Origin: Candidatus Lokiarchaeum ossiferum
GTDB lineage: Archaea; Asgardarchaeota; Lokiarchaeia; Sigyniarchaeales; Promethearchaeaceae
DNA length: 32,000 nucleotides
Assembly: GCA_025839675.1 (NCBI GenBank)
Contig: CP104013.1
Location: 2,550,001-2,582,000 of the forward strand
Direction: 5' to 3'
Within the stretch, counting starts at the first letter, position 1. Each line of letters begins with the position of its first letter. Shown in pieces: positions 17,783 through 24,135 of this stretch. Position numbers and translations under genes: made by a program. The notes under the pieces are model-generated. The model made no database searches. It was not told the origin of the DNA and worked only from the letters and a program-made list of their open reading frames with translations.

Positions 17783-19213
17783 TTATTTATTTTTGCTATC
17801 TTCTTTAATTGCCGATAGCATACCCTTAAATGCGCGGGTTAAATCACCAATTTCATCATCTTGGGCTTCAAGAGTTTCATCAATCACAATATCTTCCCCT
17901 GATGTTAGCATCGAAGATACAGAATCTTGACTGGTCAATTTTTGAATAGATTCGGTTAGGATTTTTACAGGTTTTGTAATTTGTCCCGCTATCATAGTCC
18001 CTAAAAAGACAGAAACTCCCGCTGCGATCAAAATAATAATAATTAGTGTGATCTGCACAGCTCGAATTGCTTTCGAGACTTCACCTTGCAATACTGCTAC
18101 AGAAGCTAACGCATCATCTTCAGAAACCACATTAACTAGGATAAAATCGGTACCAGCAATAGCACTATATGCATAGTAAAAGTCTTCATCAGCAGTTTTT
18201 TCATAGGTCCCCACACCAGAACTATAAGTTGTCATTTCTGTAATTGTGGAAGTTGAAAAAGGTTCAACATCAGCAATATTAACAGTAACGTCATCCCCAT
18301 CTTCAGGATCATCAACATCTGGGTGAACAACAGCTAACCCAGTATTATCGATCAGAAATGCATAACCTTTCCCATCCAGAAAACTTATATCCAAAATATT
18401 TTCTTTAATCGTATCAATTGTTAAATCCACGGCAATTATTCCAATTAATGAATCATCAGTCTCATTGAAGACACCTTGGGCAATAGTGATCATCAGCCCT
18501 AATCCATTGGCATCCATATATGGAGAAGTAATCAGTAAGTCGGAAGATTCTTCAAGACTTGATGTATCATACCACGATCTTGTTCGCGGGTCATAATCTT
18601 CATCAAATTCTGACCATGGATAACATCGGAAAATTCCGAGATCAAAACCCATATAAATCCAGCCTAAATCGGGATTTGCGGTTTTAGTATATCTAAATAT
18701 GTGATCCAAATTAGCAGAAATATTCACCATTTTTTGAACTGTTTCGTTGGCATCAGAATATGTCGAAGTATATGTGTTCGGAGCCAAATGATACATCGAA
18801 TAATTGAAGCTGACAAAACCATCACCATAATTACTATCCAATTTGAATTCAATATCAGGGTTACCCTGATGATCATCAAGAATATCCGTAAAGGACGGAT
18901 ATGGCCCATAATCATCCGGATTGTTGAATAGATTTGTGGCAAAGTAAGCCATTGATTTAACATCATTTATGGATGATTTTATCTTTTCACCAATCGTGTG
19001 GGCATTTTCTTGTGCACTTAAAATCATATTGGCTTGAATTTGATCTGTTAAAGCCTCTTCACTTTCGTTCGTTGTAGTTAATTTCATCGTTCCAAAGAAG
19101 CCTAAAATAATGGCACTTACACCAATTAAAGCGATTATTGAAAATACAGTAAATGCGAGCAAAATTTTAGTTCGGATTCCGTACTTAATAGATTTTTTAG
19201 TAGTTGTTGTCAT
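17783..19213 (-). CDS. membrane sensor: TM - double-Cache-like extracytoplasmic domain - TM - HAMP, with no output domain
   Basis: 476 aa. TM1 is ILLAFTVFSIIALIGVSAIILGFFG. Cache hallmarks are GWIYMGFDLGIFRCYPW...YDPRTRSWY...MDANGLGLMITIAQGV...IGIIAVDLTI...GYAFLIDNTGLAVVHP. TM2 is ITLIIIILIAAGVSVFLGTMIAG. The HAMP-like segment is ITKPVKILTESIQKL...DDEIGDLTRAFKGMLSAI, and the protein ends 8 aa later. Confidence 0.8.
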   Translation of the reverse strand: MTTTTKKSIKYGIRTKILLAFTVFSIIALIGVSAIILGFFGTMKLTTTNESEEALTDQIQANMILSAQENAHTIGEKIKSSINDVKSMAYFATNLFNNPDDYGPYPSFTDILDDHQGNPDIEFKLDSNYGDGFVSFNYSMYHLAPNTYTSTYSDANETVQKMVNISANLDHIFRYTKTANPDLGWIYMGFDLGIFRCYPWSEFDEDYDPRTRSWYDTSSLEESSDLLITSPYMDANGLGLMITIAQGVFNETDDSLIGIIAVDLTIDTIKENILDISFLDGKGYAFLIDNTGLAVVHPDVDDPEDGDDVTVNIADVEPFSTSTITEMTTYSSGVGTYEKTADEDFYYAYSAIAGTDFILVNVVSEDDALASVAVLQGEVSKAIRAVQITLIIIILIAAGVSVFLGTMIAGQITKPVKILTESIQKLTSQDSVSSMLTSGEDIVIDETLEAQDDEIGDLTRAFKGMLSAIKEDSKNK

Positions 19214-19225
19214 AATGGTTCACCT

Positions 19226-21958
19226 TTAATTAGATTCTATGAAATCCTCCACGTTTATTTGAGCCATCAAATTAGAAACTTCTTGGAAAGCATTTTGAAT
19301 CGCTTTTTTCGCATTCTGAGAATCATGCACAGGGATATATCTTCCTTGAACACTTCTTTCGCAGATTTTTCGCAAATCGCCTTCAATAGGGATTAACTCA
19401 TTACCGATTCCAATAATAAGAAGGTTCATGGAGATTAAGTTTTCCTCAATATATTCTCCAAGACCAACCCGTTTATCAGAATTCATAAATTTCCAAAAAC
19501 CTTTATATTGTCGATCTTGTAAATTGAATTGGTTGCTTTGGTTATCCATTCCATCAGTTAGAGCGATAACCCATTTATGTTCATCAGAAATTCTTTGATT
19601 TATAAGGTTGAAAGAATCACCAATTGCATCAAACATTGCCGTCTGATAGCGTGTAGCACGTATTCGAGAGATAATTCCCCGAATATGTTCTTCATTTCCT
19701 CCTTTTAGGGTTGGTGGTAAAATCACTTCTGAAATAGAGTGGAATAAGACAATTGCAATTTCATCTTGAGGATTAATTTGGGTATCATAAATTTCTAATG
19801 CCCCACTAACAGCAGCATGGATTCGATTTCCAACCATTGATCCTGATACATCAATAACCATTACAACAAATTTCTTCTGGATCAAACTCACACGTAATTT
19901 CTCATATTCCACACGCATTCGATGGGCTTGAGGACGTTTTCGAGTATTTTGATACACAGTTTCCATTTCTTTATATATATTCATTTGTAATCGAATATCT
20001 TGCGCTTTTTTAGCGCCAGTCAATGCTTCTTCGAGAATACTGATTGCTTCAGGATCATTCTCAATAGTAGCAATTTTCCCAAGATAAAATTGGTTGTAGG
20101 CAGTACCAAGATCATCTTGATTATTGAAATCTATATCAAGGGCAGAGCGAATTAAGGCTTTTCCATCCTCCACTTGACCATGTTGTGCTTTAAACAAGCC
20201 AAAATTTCTAAAGATTAAAGCGAGATCGGCTTTTAAATTATTGCTATTGCATACATTTACCGCTTTTTCAAAATAATCACGAGCGAGGTTTACATTTTCT
20301 GAATCAGCATATAATTGAGCGAGGTTATTATATCTTTTAGGTAGGACAGTGTTATCTTTCATCTCAAGAGCGATACTGATTGCAAGTTTGTAAGAAGTTT
20401 CCGCGTCAGCAACATTACTCCGAATCCGATAGATATTTCCAAGATTATTCGCGCAAACAGCCATACCTTTCTGATTGCCAGAAATTTTGAAAATTTCTAA
20501 TGCTTTATTATAGTTTTTAGCAGCTAAATCTAAGTTTCCTCGATAATAATCCGAATTTCCTAAACGAAGCATGGTGATTAAATTTTGGAAGGATGAGGTT
20601 AAAACTGCAATTTCATCATTCGCACTTTTTGATTCCATCGGGATTTCCCGAGAAATCGAGCCTTGCGATATAAAATTCATCATTTTTGTCAAATTGGTGA
20701 TTGGATTCACGATGCGTTTACTTACATAACTGCTGGTAAATCCAATGAGCACAACTGAACCGATAAGGACAACCAAGAGAATTACTAATTGTTGTCGTGT
20801 CAAAGCAAGGATTTTACCACGAATTGTCGAGGCAGGAGCCACAATCTCTTCAAGAGGAACAACAACAGCAAACTTATACTCAGTAGAAGGAATTGTTTGG
20901 TAAGTAATATACCAGCTATCCCCATCTTTTGTAAAAGTACCATTACCCATAGAATGTTGATTCATCTGAGTTAAAATCGAAGAAAAACCGGATCCTTCTA
21001 AGGAGGAATCATCAATAGGTTTATTAATTTCAGCTTCTGCTGAGGCAATAGTACTTAAATCCAAACCAGGATGTGAAACAGTAGCTCCTGAATCACTGAT
21101 TAAAAATGCATAACCAGAATCCAAGATTTCAGTTTGTAAAATAGAATCTTGCAATGATTGGATAGTTAAATCTACTGCGATTACACCAATTAATGTCCCA
21201 TTCGCATAATGTACGGGTTTAGCTATAGAAATCATTAATCCCAAACCATTCGCATCAATGTAAGGTTCAGTAACAATAGTCTTGTCTTCCAATTTTGCTT
21301 GTTTATACCACCCACGTTGTCTTGGATCATAACCTGTATTATCAGTATCCCATTCAGTGAATGGGAAACATCGGAACAACCCTTGTTCTTCAAAACCCAT
21401 GTAAATCCACCCATATTCGGGTGAAGTTGTTTTTAATTGTTTAAAGAAAACATCAAAATGCGCTGATAAATCGATTGTATTGTTCATAGATGCACTTTGA
21501 ATTGTGGGATCATTACCAACAATACTCGTCGGAGGAAAATAAATAAATGATGCATCAAAGGATAAAGTGATTCCACCATATTCTGATGGACTCTCATAAT
21601 CGAGACTAGTGGGAATTTCAGTATGATAGTAGGACGGAATTTTATTCACGGCAATTTTTCCATTGAAAATATCTTCGGCATATTGAGCGAAAGATTCAAC
21701 ATCACTAACTTTTTTTGTGAATTGATCGTCGATATACGTCCCCAACGTATTGGTAACTTCATCCATAGAACGATACTGTTCATTTTCCAACGCCCCACCG
21801 CTTATATTTGCAACATCATTCCCCAACCCATTCATATTACCAAGTGATACTGACACTATGACAATTATAGGAACAATTAGAAACAGAATAAACGCGAGCG
21901 TAATTTTATTTTTAATTCCGAGCAGACGTTGTTGCTTGGAACTATGATTTTCTGCCAT
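19226..21958 (-). CDS. membrane receptor: TM - double-Cache-like domain - TM - HAMP - TPR repeats - von Willebrand factor A (MIDAS) domain
   Basis: 910 aa. TM1 is ITLAFILFLIVPIIVIVSVSL. Cache hallmarks are GWIYMGFEEQGLFRCFPF...YDPRQRGWY...IDANGLGLMISIAKPV...IGVIAVDLTI...GYAFLISDSGATVSHP. TM2 is LVILLVVLIGSVVLIGF. The HAMP-like segment is VNPITNLTKMMNFISQGS...NDEIAVLTSSFQNLITML. It is followed by ~5-6 TPR-like units of ~40 aa (e.g. GMAVCANNLGNIYRIRSNVADAETSYKLAISIA). The C-terminal ~216 aa (nt ~19229-19876) form a vWA domain with MIDAS residues VIDVSGSM ... T ... LTDGMDN. Confidence 0.82.
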   Translation of the reverse strand: MAENHSSKQQRLLGIKNKITLAFILFLIVPIIVIVSVSLGNMNGLGNDVANISGGALENEQYRSMDEVTNTLGTYIDDQFTKKVSDVESFAQYAEDIFNGKIAVNKIPSYYHTEIPTSLDYESPSEYGGITLSFDASFIYFPPTSIVGNDPTIQSASMNNTIDLSAHFDVFFKQLKTTSPEYGWIYMGFEEQGLFRCFPFTEWDTDNTGYDPRQRGWYKQAKLEDKTIVTEPYIDANGLGLMISIAKPVHYANGTLIGVIAVDLTIQSLQDSILQTEILDSGYAFLISDSGATVSHPGLDLSTIASAEAEINKPIDDSSLEGSGFSSILTQMNQHSMGNGTFTKDGDSWYITYQTIPSTEYKFAVVVPLEEIVAPASTIRGKILALTRQQLVILLVVLIGSVVLIGFTSSYVSKRIVNPITNLTKMMNFISQGSISREIPMESKSANDEIAVLTSSFQNLITMLRLGNSDYYRGNLDLAAKNYNKALEIFKISGNQKGMAVCANNLGNIYRIRSNVADAETSYKLAISIALEMKDNTVLPKRYNNLAQLYADSENVNLARDYFEKAVNVCNSNNLKADLALIFRNFGLFKAQHGQVEDGKALIRSALDIDFNNQDDLGTAYNQFYLGKIATIENDPEAISILEEALTGAKKAQDIRLQMNIYKEMETVYQNTRKRPQAHRMRVEYEKLRVSLIQKKFVVMVIDVSGSMVGNRIHAAVSGALEIYDTQINPQDEIAIVLFHSISEVILPPTLKGGNEEHIRGIISRIRATRYQTAMFDAIGDSFNLINQRISDEHKWVIALTDGMDNQSNQFNLQDRQYKGFWKFMNSDKRVGLGEYIEENLISMNLLIIGIGNELIPIEGDLRKICERSVQGRYIPVHDSQNAKKAIQNAFQEVSNLMAQINVEDFIESN

Positions 21959-22079
21959 GGTTAATGAATGTAATAGATTTTTTCAAAAATAAATCTATTT
22001 CATACGGTTTCAATCTTCCCAAGTACTTCATATTTTCCATATGGTAGAGTTTTAAACCTTATGCAAATTCTAAAATAAT

Positions 22080-22904
22080 GTGGGAAAACCAAAACGAAAA
22101 CTAAAACGAGGATATCCTCTTGCATTACTTATTGGGTTTGAACCCATGCGCACTATCTATTGGAATATTTTTAGCGAACGCGCAGAACTTCGTAAGATAC
22201 AGAAGTTACCCCGCAAAAATGATAATATGGACAAAGCTCAACTATATCAATTTCATGAGAATCTTGTGGATGAATTACGACCCATTCTCAAAGATGGGAT
22301 GAAAAGTGTTATTTTGGTTACAGCTCCGAAAAAAAAATATTCTACCCTTTTTCTGGACCATGTGTCCCGTCATCACCAATGGATGATGAGTGATAAACAT
22401 CCCAATTCTGCATCCTTTAAATTACTCACGGGTAAAATTTCAGATCTCGAAGAAACGACTAATTTGATTCAATCTTCTGAATTTAAAGCAGCCTTGGGAA
22501 AAGTCACAGAAGAAGAAGCGGACCGAATCCTAGAAATTTTGGAAAAACGACTCAACGATGAAGATGACGGTTTTGTGCTTCATACATTGAAAGAGATCGA
22601 AGATCTTCTCTATGCAGGTGGGAAACGAAAAAAAAATTTTAAAAATTTACCTCTATTACCAGAATACGTAGTACTGACTAATGAATACTTGGAAAACCAT
22701 CCAAATAAGAACCGGTTACAACGGTTGTTACAGATAGCAAAAAATCGCAAAATTAAAACAAAAGTTGTCGATTTTGAGACATCTGCCGGTATTCGCATAG
22801 CTCAACTTGGAGGCATTGTATGTTTCTTGGAGATTACTTCAAAATATGAGAAACAGAAAGGTGAAGAATTTTTCGAAAAACAACACCAAAAAAAAAGGAA
22901 ATAA
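22080..22904 (+). CDS. Pelota/eRF1-like protein comprising only the central and C-terminal domains (no N-terminal domain)
   Basis: 274 aa, aligned by eye to the Pelota/Dom34 layout. LALLIGFEPMRTIYWNI resembles the first strand of the central domain. KSVILVTAPKKKYSTLFLDHV resembles the 'IVAGPGFxKxxF' block. EEEADRILEILEKRLNDEDDGFVLHTLKEIEDLL resembles the helical linker, and EYVVLTNEYL the 'ETLLVSDxLL' block. NRKIKTKVVDFETSAGIRIAQLGGIVCFL resembles the C-terminal 'G..V.IVS..HE.G..L..LGGIAAILR' block. It has no GGQ and a basic N-terminus (MGKPKRKLKRG). GTG start; a TATA-like TTTTAAA ~25 nt upstream suggests a leaderless transcript. Confidence 0.5.
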   Translation: MGKPKRKLKRGYPLALLIGFEPMRTIYWNIFSERAELRKIQKLPRKNDNMDKAQLYQFHENLVDELRPILKDGMKSVILVTAPKKKYSTLFLDHVSRHHQWMMSDKHPNSASFKLLTGKISDLEETTNLIQSSEFKAALGKVTEEEADRILEILEKRLNDEDDGFVLHTLKEIEDLLYAGGKRKKNFKNLPLLPEYVVLTNEYLENHPNKNRLQRLLQIAKNRKIKTKVVDFETSAGIRIAQLGGIVCFLEITSKYEKQKGEEFFEKQHQKKRK

Positions 22905-22911
22905 AATGGCA

Positions 22912-23406
22912 CTAGGATTTCTCAAAAGAATTACGAACATTTCTTTCCCAGTCAGCAAAGTTGGAATCTAATTGGGAAATTAAATCAAATGTATCAGATT
23001 TCTTGATAAAAACCGCGTTTTCAGCATCATATTCAACAGGAAAAGTTATCTCTTTTGCCGTATAAAATAAAATAGCTTTTAATACCCCATACACGTTCTC
23101 TTTTACGAATATTATCCTTTTATTCAGCTTCTCTTTCAAGGGCCTCTCATCAATCAGATCCCACAGAGGTACATAGGAATCGACCGGTTTCTGTGTAAGA
23201 CGATAAAAAATTCGTTTCATTTCATCCAAAACACTCATTTTCGAACTCCAAAAAAAGTGCATTTCAATAGAACTGATTCTAAATTTGATTAGATCCTCCT
23301 TATTTCTTTTCCTAAACAGCATTCCTTGATAAGCATCCGAAACAATATACCTATCAACAATTTTCCAAATTGTATTCACAAAATCATGATTAAATGCCTT
23401 TTCCAT
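22912..23406 (-). CDS. hypothetical protein
   Basis: 164-aa ORF with an ATG start. It is convergent with the Pelota-like gene across a 7-nt gap and downstream of the DJ-1 gene on the same strand. No motif I can recognise. Confidence 0.5.
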   Translation of the reverse strand: MEKAFNHDFVNTIWKIVDRYIVSDAYQGMLFRKRNKEDLIKFRISSIEMHFFWSSKMSVLDEMKRIFYRLTQKPVDSYVPLWDLIDERPLKEKLNKRIIFVKENVYGVLKAILFYTAKEITFPVEYDAENAVFIKKSDTFDLISQLDSNFADWERNVRNSFEKS

Positions 23407-23474
23407 AAATTATTCATGAAAATCGGCTTTTTATTTTTTTTGGCTGAATATTTAGAAGGAAAAAAAGGAAATTT

Positions 23475-24047
23475 TCATATAGAAATGTTGAGTTCATCTA
23501 TCCATTGTTTCTTTTCATCCTCTGAAACAATAATCTTAAGATAACTCCAAATTTTCAAGGCAAAATCATTGTAAGCATATCCTTTGGCAGTAATGATGGT
23601 TCCATCTTGAACACATCTTTGTTCTTGATAATTTTCCCATGGAAATGGATCTGTTTGTTCTAATTCAATGTATCGTTCATGTGTCCGAGTAGTAGTATAT
23701 TTATGCCTATCTAATAAACCGCAGGCGGCAAGATATTGGGGACCAGCACAAATCGCAGCGAGCAAACACTTTTGCTGATAACAAAACATGATGAGATGTT
23801 TCAAGTCATCTCGTAAATCTAAAATGCTTCCTCCTGGAATGATTATTCCAGCAATATTCTGAGACAATTCAATTTCAGAAACTAGTTTATGGGGTAAAAA
23901 TTGAAACCCAGAAGAAGAAACGATGGGATCTAAAGTGTAAGCAATGGTAGTAAATTTATATCCATTATCAGCATTTAATTCCATAGAAACAGGAGTTATT
24001 TCAAATTCTGCAAATCCTTCATATAAAAAAACTAAAACGGTCTTCAT
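23475..24047 (-). CDS. DJ-1/PfpI family protein (class I glutamine amidotransferase-like fold)
   Basis: MKTVLVFLYEGFAEFEI is the typical first strand, IIIPGG is present, and the nucleophile-elbow motif is LLAAICAGPQYLAACGLL. The track ORF starts at TTG 24071. I prefer the in-frame ATG at 24047, which gives the canonical N-terminus. Confidence 0.8.
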   Translation of the reverse strand: MKTVLVFLYEGFAEFEITPVSMELNADNGYKFTTIAYTLDPIVSSSGFQFLPHKLVSEIELSQNIAGIIIPGGSILDLRDDLKHLIMFCYQQKCLLAAICAGPQYLAACGLLDRHKYTTTRTHERYIELEQTDPFPWENYQEQRCVQDGTIITAKGYAYNDFALKIWSYLKIIVSEDEKKQWIDELNISI

Positions 24048-24089
24048 ATTTGAAATGAAGAGGGAATCCAAGATAAATTTTCCAATCAG

Positions 24090-24109
24090 AAAAAAAAAAA
24101 AAAAAAAAA
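24090..24109 (-). terminator. T20 homopolymer (A20 on the plus strand), 27 nt downstream of the metalloprotease stop
   Basis: Counted directly: A from 24090 to 24109. It is the longest homopolymer in the window and is positioned as an oligo-T terminator for the 24136-26364 gene. Confidence 0.5.
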
Positions 24110-24135
24110 GAGGGGTTTGATTATGAGCTTTTTAC

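Noticed and set aside
21973-21998. Inverted repeat ATAGATTT-N10-AAATCTAT, 15 nt upstream of the Cache-vWA gene start
   Set aside because: It consists purely of A/T-rich 8-nt arms. Such palindromes are frequent in AT-rich spacers and no second copy exists in the window. I noted it only as a possible site, not as a supportable feature.
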